This document shows, one piece after another, positions 1 to 9,023 of a stretch of DNA of 53,618 nt. This stretch comes from a virus (taxonomy: Duplodnaviria; Heunggongvirae; Uroviricota; Caudoviricetes). The notes below the pieces were generated by a model. It had not been told where the DNA came from. It was given only the letters and a program-made list of their open reading frames with translations, and did not search any database. The stretch lies in the IMG/VR virus record IMGVR_UViG_2563366968_000008; one strand, written 5' to 3'. Position 1 is the stretch's first letter. Each line of letters begins with the position of its first letter. A program made the position numbers and the translations under genes.

Positions 1-36
1 ATGCATAAAATGTGTGTACCAAATAGTGACCAAATT

Positions 37-1236
37 ATGCTTACAGATACCAAATTACGAAACATCCACGGCAAGCCATATGACGGCCCGGAAGAAGTCC
101 CGGACGCGGGCGGATTGTCTGCCAGGATAAGCCCGCGCGGCGTTATATCTTTTCAGTATCGCTACCGATTCAACGGCAAGCCGCGACGGATGAAGATTGG
201 CACTTACGGAGAAATAACACTCAAAGAAGCCCGCGCGGCGGTGGCGGAGCATAAGGAGGTATTAAACTCAGGGCGAGATCCATCGATCGTAAAAAGAATG
301 CACTTGTCCCGCGTTACTACACGGGCAACGATTGAAGATATTGTTAGGGAGTACATGGAATCACCGCAGGCAAGAAACATGGTCAACTATAAGCAAGTCG
401 AGGCGATGCTAAGTAAGCATATTGTCAGACCATGCGGTAGCTATATCGTCGATGATATGGACGCCATAATGTGGGAGGGGATTTTTAGAAAGGTTGCTAA
501 TGGTGGCGCACCCGTTCAGGCCGGAATAGTCTTAAACAGGATGAAGGCGGTTATAAAATATGCCATGCGCCGCCGCCGCGTGGAGCGTGACGACATATCG
601 TTGCTACGCGTGAAGGATGTAGGGAAAAACCCGGCGCAAAGGAAGCGAGTTTTATCAATACAAGAAATTCACCATCTAATCAGCATTATAGACAGTTCAA
701 AAATGGCGCGGCTAAATCAGATATTGATGAAGCTGATTATATTCACCGGATGCAGAACAAGCGAACTAACAAACGCAAAACGCGAGCATTTTGATCTTGA
801 TAATTGTGTGTGGACCGTTCCTGGCGCATTGAGTAAGAACAGAAACGAGTTTAAACGCGGTTTATCCGCAGTTAGCGTTGATTTATTGCGTGAGGCTATG
901 GATTTGCACGGCTTTAATTTTATCTTCGTTCCCGTGCTTTCTGGAAGGAATGAAGCGGTAGACAGGAGCGTGCCGAAAACAGCTGCAAGGGATTTAATGC
1001 TAAGGATGGGCGGCGAGCCGTGGTCATGTCACGATCTGCGCCGCACTGTAAGGACAAACCTTTCAGCGCTTGGCATTGCGCCACACGTAGCCGAAAAGGT
1101 TTTAGGTCATAAACTGGCGGGAATGATGGCTATATATGATCAGTATGACTATGTGAGGGAACAAATCGAGGCGATGAATAAACTGGCTGATTACTACATG
1201 AAGCCCATTGATTTACAAAATGAAATAACGTCCTGA
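37..1236 (+). CDS. int: Tyrosine integrase, P4-type (ORF opens at 1; conserved N-terminus suggests ATG 37)
   Basis: N-terminal arm-binding motif (GVISFQYRYRFNGKPRRMKIGTYGEITLKEARAAV) and C-terminal HDLRRT...LGH...Y catalytic motifs typical of phage integrases. Confidence 0.9.
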   Translation: MLTDTKLRNIHGKPYDGPEEVPDAGGLSARISPRGVISFQYRYRFNGKPRRMKIGTYGEITLKEARAAVAEHKEVLNSGRDPSIVKRMHLSRVTTRATIEDIVREYMESPQARNMVNYKQVEAMLSKHIVRPCGSYIVDDMDAIMWEGIFRKVANGGAPVQAGIVLNRMKAVIKYAMRRRRVERDDISLLRVKDVGKNPAQRKRVLSIQEIHHLISIIDSSKMARLNQILMKLIIFTGCRTSELTNAKREHFDLDNCVWTVPGALSKNRNEFKRGLSAVSVDLLREAMDLHGFNFIFVPVLSGRNEAVDRSVPKTAARDLMLRMGGEPWSCHDLRRTVRTNLSALGIAPHVAEKVLGHKLAGMMAIYDQYDYVREQIEAMNKLADYYMKPIDLQNEITS

Positions 1237-1412
1237 TAACGGTAAAGAGATCCGCCGCGCTTTAATGCTGGCATCCCCTTAACAGGTTCAGGAAAAGGAG
1301 TTCCAGAATCTTTCCATTTTTTAACGAGCTTAAAAAAGGCGGACTTACTAAGCCCGCCTAACATTTTTTGCACTTGCTCACGATTAATAAGTATTGTCCC
1401 GATCTTATCCAT
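1194..1412 (-). CDS. Excisionase/AlpA-like small HTH protein
   Basis: 72 aa; LSKSAFFKLVKK...FPEPVK...YRYQDVISF pattern resembles AlpA/Xis family; convergent with and overlapping int 3' end. Confidence 0.45.
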   Translation of the reverse strand: MDKIGTILINREQVQKMLGGLSKSAFFKLVKKWKDSGTPFPEPVKGMPALKRGGSLYRYQDVISFCKSMGFM

Positions 1413-2068
1413 TATTCACCACCCGTATATTCAACGTGTCCTATACATCCGTCTATAATAGCTTGCGCCATATTGCGATAATCGCACGAAAATTCGTTGT
1501 CGCGGTTAAAATCAATTTCTTTTGCAGCATCTTCGCCGATAACCTTAGTAGCAAGTGCAAACGCAATTTCAGCCAGTGTTTTTTCTTTCGGATCTACATA
1601 CAACTTATGAGCGAAATGCTTCCATTCCCCGGCTTGTTCAAAATCAGGCGCATCCATTTCTACAAAAAGAGCAAGGCGATCACTTATATACTTGTATTTC
1701 AGAATAACATATTTCCGACCATCGACAGGATCTAGAAGCTCAAGCCATACTCCGCATGGAGGCTTTTCTCCTGCCATCCATTCCGTAACTTCTGGCGTAT
1801 CGCAATCATGCCGCTCATCTTCGATTAATTCGTCAATGATTTCACTTTCTTTATTCATGCCATCATCATCTTTATTAGATAAATTGGCATATTTATCAAA
1901 CTTCCAGCTTGCCGCCATAACAGAATAAGTGTCGCGATCAGCGCGAACACCAACCAAATAACATGATCCAAAATTATATTCTTCCCTGCATGTCGATACT
2001 TCAAACGATGGGTAGCATTCAGGGTTAGTGCGATGGCTAATCACGCCAATTGCTTTAGATTCACTCAT
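1412..2068 (-). CDS. Hypothetical protein (218 aa)
   Basis: Long ORF with ATG and GAGGA Shine-Dalgarno; acidic; no motif recognised. Confidence 0.5.
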   Translation of the reverse strand: MSESKAIGVISHRTNPECYPSFEVSTCREEYNFGSCYLVGVRADRDTYSVMAASWKFDKYANLSNKDDDGMNKESEIIDELIEDERHDCDTPEVTEWMAGEKPPCGVWLELLDPVDGRKYVILKYKYISDRLALFVEMDAPDFEQAGEWKHFAHKLYVDPKEKTLAEIAFALATKVIGEDAAKEIDFNRDNEFSCDYRNMAQAIIDGCIGHVEYTGGE

Positions 2069-2082
2069 TTATTTATCCTCAA

Positions 2083-2259
2083 TTACGCCACGGTTACATT
2101 GTCAACCTTAATGTAATATTCATGGTTGTTTTCTATTTCAGATTTAAACTTAGAAAAACATTCCCGCCATTCATTCGCTTGATTATTGAAGTAGTACACC
2201 GTATGGCGATCTATTTTGTACAAAATCCCCGTTGATCTAGCCATGTAATAACTAACCAT
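2083..2259 (-). CDS. Hypothetical small protein (58 aa), not in ORF track
   Basis: ATG overlaps NinB-like stop (TAATG), GGGGG SD upstream; fills the gap between two minus-strand genes. Confidence 0.35.
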   Translation of the reverse strand: MVSYYMARSTGILYKIDRHTVYYFNNQANEWRECFSKFKSEIENNHEYYIKVDNVTVA

Positions 2260-2690
2260 TATTGCCCCCAGCGTTTTATGAATTCATCATTTAATTTCGT
2301 ATCACCCGACCATTGAACATCATGTTCCGCGCCGAACGAGTAGATCAGTTCTATTAGTTCACTGAATTCTGATTTACTCATCCGGCTGGTTGACGTTCCC
2401 AGCACAACAAAGCCTGATTTATCCAAATTAGGGACGACGCCATATTTTTTAAGCCCGGCAGTGAATACCGATTTCCAGTCTTCCGGCGATAGCTTTTTAC
2501 CGTACCAATTAACCTGATCGCTAATGTCGGTTAACAGCGCCCAAAGCAACGCATTTTGACTCAGCGAGCGGGTTTTCTCCTGGATGGTAATTATCAGCGG
2601 GCTTTTGCTATCAGGCTGTATTTCCCTTATCTGCCTGATAGCATTTTCTTTCACAGCGTCATTAACTATTTCAAATCTAATTTGTTTCAT
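2259..2690 (-). CDS. ninB: NinB-like recombination protein
   Basis: 143 aa; SQNALLWALLTDISDQVNWYGKK motif resembles lambda NinB family; start overlaps upstream stop (ATGA). Confidence 0.55.
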   Translation of the reverse strand: MKQIRFEIVNDAVKENAIRQIREIQPDSKSPLIITIQEKTRSLSQNALLWALLTDISDQVNWYGKKLSPEDWKSVFTAGLKKYGVVPNLDKSGFVVLGTSTSRMSKSEFSELIELIYSFGAEHDVQWSGDTKLNDEFIKRWGQ

Positions 2691-2884
2691 GATACACCGT
2701 TACTATTTTCACGCGGTGCACGCGCATACATGATCGCCCATAAAGAAATGAGCCTTGAACTAGCCATATGGTCGTTTTTTAGTTTTTTCATATCAACGAC
2801 GACAGGACGATCAGGATCATCGCCGCGCATGTATTCCGCAATCGTGCTCAGGTCTTCAACTGTTAAATCTAATTCCTTATCCAT
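2687..2884 (-). CDS. Hypothetical small protein (65 aa)
   Basis: ATG with GAGGTGG SD; translationally coupled to downstream gene. Confidence 0.4.
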   Translation of the reverse strand: MDKELDLTVEDLSTIAEYMRGDDPDRPVVVDMKKLKNDHMASSRLISLWAIMYARAPRENSNGVS

Positions 2885-2893
2885 AACGCCACC

Positions 2894-3100
2894 TCACACA
2901 ATACGCATTGTGTTTCGTAATTCACCGCGCAGCGCGCGCAGTGCATCACGCATTGGTACAAAAAACCGGTTAAATTTTACGTGTTTATATTTCCGCATTA
3001 GTGGCGGTGTATAAACCATCGCGCCGCAAGAATTGCATGGGAAACGGAAATGTGATTCATCAATGAATGTTTCAACTGAATAAAAGATTACACGTCTCAT
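2894..3100 (-). CDS. Hypothetical small protein (68 aa), Cys-containing
   Basis: ATG overlapping upstream stop; in operon context. Confidence 0.35.
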   Translation of the reverse strand: MRRVIFYSVETFIDESHFRFPCNSCGAMVYTPPLMRKYKHVKFNRFFVPMRDALRALRGELRNTMRIV

Positions 3101-3654
3101 AATTCCAATCCAGTTTCACCATTAAGTTTTTCGATCTCAAATACTGGTTTATCCGGCAGCAGGCCGTTATTTTTCCGGTATTCATTCAGGCGGCTGTCAA
3201 AATCAAATGCAAGATCATTAGCGTGACCGAAGCGCCCAGGTTTAAACAGTGAATAAAAATTAAGGCCATGTTTATTTGTATCAATGCAAAGTGTCTCATC
3301 AAGCACCATTAAACGCAGCGTGCGCGACAGGTAATTCCACGGAATACCAGTTTCCGCGCTAATGTCACGCATACGCTTTTTAACGCTGTAGTCACTAAAT
3401 AACGCCGCCACACGATCGCGCCGTTGAGCATACAAATATTTAATTCGATACCCCAGCAAGCGGCGGCGCGGTCCAAAATATGTATACACACGCTCAACAA
3501 TACCGGTGTCTATCAGGTGTTTAATTGTCTCAGGCAAACATCCAGCTTCGTCATATTCCGCTGATAATCCTGTTTTCTGGCGTAGCTGGTGCATTGTGTC
3601 GATGCCATCAAGTTCAAGGATATTGATAATTTTTGTTTCAAGTTCAACGCTCAT
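3097..3654 (-). CDS. Hypothetical protein (185 aa)
   Basis: ATG with SD; first gene downstream of helicase in the leftward operon. Confidence 0.5.
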   Translation of the reverse strand: MSVELETKIINILELDGIDTMHQLRQKTGLSAEYDEAGCLPETIKHLIDTGIVERVYTYFGPRRRLLGYRIKYLYAQRRDRVAALFSDYSVKKRMRDISAETGIPWNYLSRTLRLMVLDETLCIDTNKHGLNFYSLFKPGRFGHANDLAFDFDSRLNEYRKNNGLLPDKPVFEIEKLNGETGLEL

Positions 3655-3730
3655 TTTTTAGCCTCGATTTAAGCGCGAAAACAGCCACCAGAAAGCGGTA
3701 AACTTTCCGGTAAGCCGTTTCTCAAGTTAA

Positions 3731-5152
3731 TTAAAAAGATGAGTTTGTCTGGTTATTTCGCTGGGAGAATCGGCTTATCGCCTGACGTTGTTGCATTGAC
3801 TGGATACACGCGGACGCCGCGCGGGCCTGGTCGCATGGTAAAATGTTGCCGTTATCATCAAACAGCTGGTAAACAGTACCCGTTTTCCCGTGACGGTTTT
3901 TTGAAACGATGATCTCCATGTACTCGCGGGCAACTGATTGTTCGTTGTAGTAGCCGTCGCGGTAGACCATGATGATCCTGTCTGCGTCTTGTTCCAGATT
4001 GCCGGAATCACGCAGATCAGAATTGTTAGGGCGCTTGTTCGGTCGTTCCTCAACGCGGCGGGATAACTGAGCCAGCGCAGCTACTGGCACGCGCAACTCT
4101 TTCGCCATCATTTTCAATGACCACGACAATTGCCCTACAGCGAGATCGTGACGTTCTGCCTTAGCCAGCTTCATTAACCCGATGTAGTCAATCATTACCA
4201 TACCCAGGTTGGGATGATCCTGCTTCATTCGTTCAGTTGTGGCGCGTATTTCCTCGACCGTTAACTGTGATGCGTCAACAATCCACACGTCGAGATCGGC
4301 AAGTGCGCTCATCCCCTGGGCAACGTGCGCCCACCCTTCGTCATCAAGTTTTACCGGATTACGCAGGCAATCCGTTGACAAGTTCCCTGCGCCAGCGATA
4401 GCGCGTTCAGTCATCTGATCGAGCGACATTTCAAGCGTGAACAGCAAAACGCCTACCCGCTGACCTTCTCCGCCAGGGTATTGGCGTTCAGCCGCCGCGC
4501 GGGCAATTGCCAACGCCAACGCCGATTTACCAGACCCTGGGCGTCCGGCGATAAGCACCAGATCAGTAGCGTTAATGCCGCCTAACATTTCGTCGAGTGG
4601 GTCAATCCCTGTTTTGATGTTGTCAGAGTTCACGCCACACTCCATGCGTTTACTTAACACTTCCGTGTATTCCTGGACCGCATCGCGCAACAGCACCGGG
4701 ATAATTTGATCTTTTGTTACCTTTAATTTTGAATACCGGGAATCAAAATCTTTCATCGTCTCCCTGACGACTTCAAGCGTCCCTGTTTCCAGCTTGTAGC
4801 GAATGTCTTCCATTAGTTCCAGCATTTGCCGCCGCTGGTGTTCTTCCTGTAGTAGTTGCGCATATCCTTTCAGGTTGGCAGCAGAAGGACACGATCGCGC
4901 CGTTTGCATCAGAGGTACAAAATTTTCGTTGCCAATCTCATCACCAACCAGCAAGGCGTCGATAAGATTTCTGTTTCTGGCTTGCGTCCGGATAATTTCA
5001 AAAGCCCGCTTATACAGCGGAATAGTGAACACTTCAGGATCTAGAGTAGCGAGAACGTCTTGCGCGTTAGGAGTAAGCCCACCTAACAGCAGGCCACCGA
5101 TAACCGCAGATTCTCTTTCTTGCCGCAATGAGTTTACTTGTTCGGTTATCAT
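3731..5152 (-). CDS. Replicative DNA helicase, DnaB family
   Basis: 473 aa; Walker A GRPGSGKSALAL, DnaB-like N-terminal domain and RecA-like core motifs. Confidence 0.9.
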   Translation of the reverse strand: MITEQVNSLRQERESAVIGGLLLGGLTPNAQDVLATLDPEVFTIPLYKRAFEIIRTQARNRNLIDALLVGDEIGNENFVPLMQTARSCPSAANLKGYAQLLQEEHQRRQMLELMEDIRYKLETGTLEVVRETMKDFDSRYSKLKVTKDQIIPVLLRDAVQEYTEVLSKRMECGVNSDNIKTGIDPLDEMLGGINATDLVLIAGRPGSGKSALALAIARAAAERQYPGGEGQRVGVLLFTLEMSLDQMTERAIAGAGNLSTDCLRNPVKLDDEGWAHVAQGMSALADLDVWIVDASQLTVEEIRATTERMKQDHPNLGMVMIDYIGLMKLAKAERHDLAVGQLSWSLKMMAKELRVPVAALAQLSRRVEERPNKRPNNSDLRDSGNLEQDADRIIMVYRDGYYNEQSVAREYMEIIVSKNRHGKTGTVYQLFDDNGNILPCDQARAASACIQSMQQRQAISRFSQRNNQTNSSF

Positions 5153-5168
5153 TATGGCATCGCCTCTG

Positions 5169-5181
5169 GTTTACAAAATGG
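5169..5181 (+). repeat. 13-mer GTTTACAAAATGG copy 1
   Basis: Exact copy, overlaps stop of 5171..6289 gene and lies 17 bp upstream of DnaB start. Confidence 0.8.
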
Positions 5182-6289
5182 AATATTCAGGGTAATAAAC
5201 AAAGCGCCCGATTTCCCCATGATCAGGACTGTAAATTATTACCGCAGCCAGCCGACGCGACCGCCATCCGCCATTTGTTGAATAAGCGTCTTTGCCAGCT
5301 AACGTGCCGTGATACTCAACAACGCCTAACGATGATTCAATCAGCCGTTGGTGATGCCAGTGTCCGCAATGAGCGTAAACCGCCGACGACTTGCCGAAAT
5401 CCTCCCGCCAGTCAGAGACGCAGGCAGACAACAAATTTTCTGGTTTTTTGATGGTGTGTCCGTGGTGGTAAGCAAGGAATGTTTTGCCGTACTGTGTGTG
5501 GTGAACGATAGCAGGGGACACATCAACCGTTACGCGCGGTTCATCTTCGTAAAAAGCCGCCAGCGCCGCACGTAGCCAGATCATCCCTGATTGGTCGTGA
5601 TTACCGGATAATGTCTGGATCTCGACATACTTATGATTTAGTAACATCTTCCCGACCGCACGCCTGACCGACCGGATCGCCACGTAAACCAGTTTTGCGT
5701 AGCGTGAATCGCAATCCAGGACGTGATTGCTTGATGGCGTCACTGGTAACAGGCCGTCAGTGTGAAGAATATCACCTCCTAACAACAAAACAGCCTTTTC
5801 AGACATTGGTGCCGCGCCCACCGCGTAGTCGAAGAAGTCATTTAACACACGTTCGGCGATCCCGGTGTCGTAGCTCTCACCGCATTCAGCTTTATGAGCA
5901 AGCGCACCGATATGCAGATCAAATACCGGATAAAGGGCCAGGCTTTTTTGAAAATCAATTTCAGGCACTGGCACAGCCTCCGCGCGTGGCATGTCTTCCG
6001 TGAATGCGTCGCGGGCAGCTTCCATTAGCCTTTCCATTTCATCACGGTCACGGGCAGTTTTAATCCAGCGCATGACCGTATTACCAGCCTTATCGACAAG
6101 AACAGATTCACCAGTAACGCCAAAACCAGGCGCGCGACGCGTTGATATTAAACCGCGTTTCGCCAGTTTTGCGCCTAGCCGCTCGACGTTGCGTTTTGAC
6201 ATGCCATATTTTTCAGCGATCTGCTTGTACGTTAAACCGTTGTTATATTCAGCGATCAATTGTTCATCGCTGATCTTTCTTTGCGACAT
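5171..6289 (-). CDS. HTH domain fused to calcineurin-like metallophosphoesterase
   Basis: N-terminal LTYKQIAEKYGMSKRNVER HTH; C-terminal DLHIG, GGDILHTDG, GNHD, HHGH, GHWHH phosphoesterase motifs. Confidence 0.6.
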   Translation of the reverse strand: MSQRKISDEQLIAEYNNGLTYKQIAEKYGMSKRNVERLGAKLAKRGLISTRRAPGFGVTGESVLVDKAGNTVMRWIKTARDRDEMERLMEAARDAFTEDMPRAEAVPVPEIDFQKSLALYPVFDLHIGALAHKAECGESYDTGIAERVLNDFFDYAVGAAPMSEKAVLLLGGDILHTDGLLPVTPSSNHVLDCDSRYAKLVYVAIRSVRRAVGKMLLNHKYVEIQTLSGNHDQSGMIWLRAALAAFYEDEPRVTVDVSPAIVHHTQYGKTFLAYHHGHTIKKPENLLSACVSDWREDFGKSSAVYAHCGHWHHQRLIESSLGVVEYHGTLAGKDAYSTNGGWRSRRLAAVIIYSPDHGEIGRFVYYPEYSIL

Positions 6290-6322
6290 AATGTTATTCC
6301 CTCATGTTTACTATATGTATAC

Positions 6323-7039
6323 TCAATCACAAACAAATAATTTAGTGATCCATGCTTGTCCCTTAGCAGTGAATAACGCTTGTTCGTATCCATCAAAGGT
6401 TAATTTCATCTCTCCGTATCCTTTATCAATAAACCATTGACTAAATACACGACGACAACGAAGATCATAAACTCCGACAGATTCTAGTTTTCTGTTTAAT
6501 TTAATTGCAGACATTCCGAGCGCCTTTCCGACCTCCGAAGCCGTGCGGTGCATGTCGTTTTTGACAATCGCGTCACATACAGCCGCTTTTGGTGCAAGCT
6601 GTTTATTGACCAGCGCAAGCCGTTCTTTTTCCTCAGCAAGATCAGCAGCAAGGCGCAATGCTTCGCTTAATGTTTGAGGAATTGCAGGAGTGTTTTGCTG
6701 TACACGTTTTTCGAGTTCAAACCATCGATCGATTACCGCTGTTCTCCTTAGTATATCGTAACCAGTGATTAAGATTTCTGTGTGCCTTCTATCAAGTAGG
6801 TATTCCCAGCCGTTCGGGTTGTTTTTATCATATTGGTGGCACGTAACTGATTGATTTGTAACGTAACCCAAATTTGGGTTACGGATATAATCATCAGGTT
6901 TACCGCCGTACAATTCAGAAAGTATCACGCGAACATCACGGCAAACATGGTCATGACGCTTTCCTGTCAATTCCGCAATCTCACGCGATGACATTGTTAA
7001 TACTTCATTCGCGCAATTAAGCGCCATCAATTCAGACAT
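6323..7039 (-). CDS. Rha-family regulatory protein / antirepressor (KilAC-like C-terminus)
   Basis: N-terminal SSREIAELTGKRHDHVCRDVR typical of phage Rha proteins. Confidence 0.55.
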   Translation of the reverse strand: MSELMALNCANEVLTMSSREIAELTGKRHDHVCRDVRVILSELYGGKPDDYIRNPNLGYVTNQSVTCHQYDKNNPNGWEYLLDRRHTEILITGYDILRRTAVIDRWFELEKRVQQNTPAIPQTLSEALRLAADLAEEKERLALVNKQLAPKAAVCDAIVKNDMHRTASEVGKALGMSAIKLNRKLESVGVYDLRCRRVFSQWFIDKGYGEMKLTFDGYEQALFTAKGQAWITKLFVCD

Positions 7040-7169
7040 TTTATTTTCTCCGTAAACGCGCTACAACGCAAAAATCCCACCGCGTAACCCGTTTGCACAG
7101 GTTGCAGTGTCTTATTGCGTCAGAGGCGCTATCAGGTGGCTAATTTTCGATTTACAGGCTGGTAGGTAG

Positions 7170-7271
7170 GTTATGGATTAACTAGCAGATACAAACCGCC
7201 GAACAAGGCGACGTTAACAGCGATAGCCATCGCGATCGCGAAAGCCAGGGCGAACATGCGTTTACCGTCCA
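7170..7271 (-). CDS. Micro-ORF encoding 33-aa hydrophobic peptide (MDGKRMFALAFAIAMAIAVNVALFGGLYLLVNP)
   Basis: ATG with GAGAGGA SD 8 nt upstream; single predicted TM helix; not in ORF track (<60 aa). Confidence 0.3.
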
Positions 7272-7404
7272 TTTTAAAATCCTCTCTGTAACGCTCTCTA
7301 ACGAGCTAATCGCAAAAAGGCAAGCAAGTTAGCACCACATGCGATTTAGCTCGCCGGTGAGGTTGTTTTGTGGGTAATTTTGGATTTTTGCGGATCGTGA
7401 TTGG

Positions 7405-8457
7405 TCAAAGAACGCCAGCGCGCGTATCACGTAGCGTTTTTGGTTTAAGCAGAAAATCAAGTGTCGCAGTGAAGCCATTGCCAAAGTAAAAATCTGAAGC
7501 CGTGTTTTTGAACGTTTCGAAGTAGGCGACAAAGCCGTTAATGCTTTTGTCTTTCAGGTAGTCAGTGAACGCATAGATCTTGCGTTCAAGATCCCGATCC
7601 AGTTCGGCAGGTGGTAACAGGCCGTCAAACGTGCTGTTAAATGCTTCCACCACGTCGGCAGCGTTTACAGTAGCTGATAGCTTGCGCCATTGTTCAGCAT
7701 CAGCCAAATACCCATCAAACCTAGTTACCCGGCAAATGTTGATAGGCTTAGGTACTCCACCACGGCTACGCCATTGGGTTAAAGCCCACTCAATTACTAA
7801 CGTGATCTCATTCTCCGTATACGCTTTACGTGTTTTTGTTTCTGTCAGTAGTTCTACGAATGGCTTAGCATCACGACATTTGCATCCTGCCTTGTCGTTG
7901 TAGAAGGCAAGGCAACGCAATGCCGCTTCGTTTACGCCATCCTGATTGACCATTTTTTGTTCATTTTCGACAATACACGAAGTGTATATATCTTTTTCTC
8001 TTTCTTTTTCTACTTCTAATTCTAATTCATGACCCTTTCCTGACCCGGTCATGACCCTATCATGACCTTTTTGTGTTGGATTGATTAACTTTTCTAATTT
8101 TAATTGCTCCTTAGCTGTGTTTATGGCGGCCCTGTACGCGCTTTTAGAAGTCATTGATTGGTCAAGCCTTTTCAATAACTTTAAACAAGTTATGTGGCCT
8201 TGAGAACATTCAAACAAACCAATTTCGATGAAGTATTTCATCATTTCTTCTATACGTTTTTCAGTCGATCCGACGTTTCGCGCAATGATTCTCGCGTCAT
8301 GTCGTAGGTCAAAAGTCAGATTGTGCTGATCTACGTCATAAGTTATTAGTTCGAGGCAATACCAATAAAGCCCGTACCCTTCCAGGCCATAATCTAACAA
8401 AACGTTTTGAAGTTTTTCATCGCGGTTCGCATCGCTGTCATGCTTAAACCACTTCAT
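7405..8457 (-). CDS. Phage replication initiation / replisome-organizer-like protein
   Basis: 350 aa; N-terminus MKWFKHDSDANRDEKL...YGLEGYGLYWYCLELI resembles phage replisome organizer N-terminal domain; directly follows HTH gene. Confidence 0.5.
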   Translation of the reverse strand: MKWFKHDSDANRDEKLQNVLLDYGLEGYGLYWYCLELITYDVDQHNLTFDLRHDARIIARNVGSTEKRIEEMMKYFIEIGLFECSQGHITCLKLLKRLDQSMTSKSAYRAAINTAKEQLKLEKLINPTQKGHDRVMTGSGKGHELELEVEKEREKDIYTSCIVENEQKMVNQDGVNEAALRCLAFYNDKAGCKCRDAKPFVELLTETKTRKAYTENEITLVIEWALTQWRSRGGVPKPINICRVTRFDGYLADAEQWRKLSATVNAADVVEAFNSTFDGLLPPAELDRDLERKIYAFTDYLKDKSINGFVAYFETFKNTASDFYFGNGFTATLDFLLKPKTLRDTRAGVL

Positions 8458-8460
8458 AGA

Positions 8461-8718
8461 TCATCCCTCCGGCAACATCACTACATAGACATCACTGAAT
8501 GCATCAAGACGACAAACAAATCCTTTATCCATTAACGCGGCGAAGGCATCATGTACCGTATGAACAGGAAGTTCACACATTGCGGCTACTTCTTTGCGTG
8601 ATGCATCATGTACCCGTCCTTTGTTATCTGCCTTTTCAGCCAGAGCCATTAAGACAAGTTTTTGAATCGGGCTATTAAGTTTTACGTTCCATGCTTTACT
8701 AATCATGTTTATACTCAT
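8461..8718 (-). CDS. Small HTH/winged-helix DNA-binding protein, first gene of leftward operon (ORF track 8461..8796; ATG 8718 preferred)
   Basis: ATG 8718 has GGAG SD 8 nt upstream; KLVLMALAEKADNKGRVHDASRKEVAAMCELPVHTV HTH-like segment. Confidence 0.45.
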   Translation of the reverse strand: MSINMISKAWNVKLNSPIQKLVLMALAEKADNKGRVHDASRKEVAAMCELPVHTVHDAFAALMDKGFVCRLDAFSDVYVVMLPEG

Positions 8719-8932
8719 CGCATTTTCTCCTATGGTTAGAGTGAACGCGCGGGCGGGCATCCCATTAGCATTAGATAGCAGTGACTGACCGCTCAACAGA
8801 TCCCGCCGTTGCGTGATATTTGTTTTTCGCTTCGCAGCGACACCGGATTTTTAAAGAGCATAAGGTAAGTGCCTTTTTGTGCCTTCCGTTATCTTTTTCC
8901 TTGTGTCTTTGCAAGTATGGCCTTACCTTGTC

Positions 8933-8993
8933 TGCAAGTTTACAAAATGGAATTTTAAGATCAAGGCTTAAAATACACGTTTTGTGACTTGCA
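8933..8993. promoter_or_regulatory. Divergent operator/promoter region with imperfect inverted repeat (TGCAAGTTTACAAAATG ... CGTTTTGTGACTTGCA)
   Basis: Arms at 8933-8949 and 8978-8993 between the divergent leftward gene and the repressor gene. Confidence 0.4.
8938..8950 (+). repeat. 13-mer GTTTACAAAATGG copy 2
   Basis: Exact copy in divergent regulatory region. Confidence 0.8.
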
Positions 8994-9023
8994 TCAAACT
9001 TTTTGAGGTTATAGGGTAGCGAC

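Noticed and set aside
1-36. Integrase start at ATG 1
   Set aside because: The conserved integrase N-terminus begins near the internal ATG at 37; the first 12 codons are probably 5' leader, though an upstream start outside the window cannot be excluded.
1333-1362. Long hairpin plus T-run as a dedicated int terminator
   Set aside because: It lies within the excisionase-like coding sequence on the other strand, so it cannot be called an independent terminator with confidence.
3309-5451. Short ORFs overlapping the DnaB-like gene and neighbours (3309..3500, 3775..4053, 4803..5195, 4856..5044, 5128..5451)
   Set aside because: Antisense or out-of-frame overlaps with strongly supported genes; no independent start signals.
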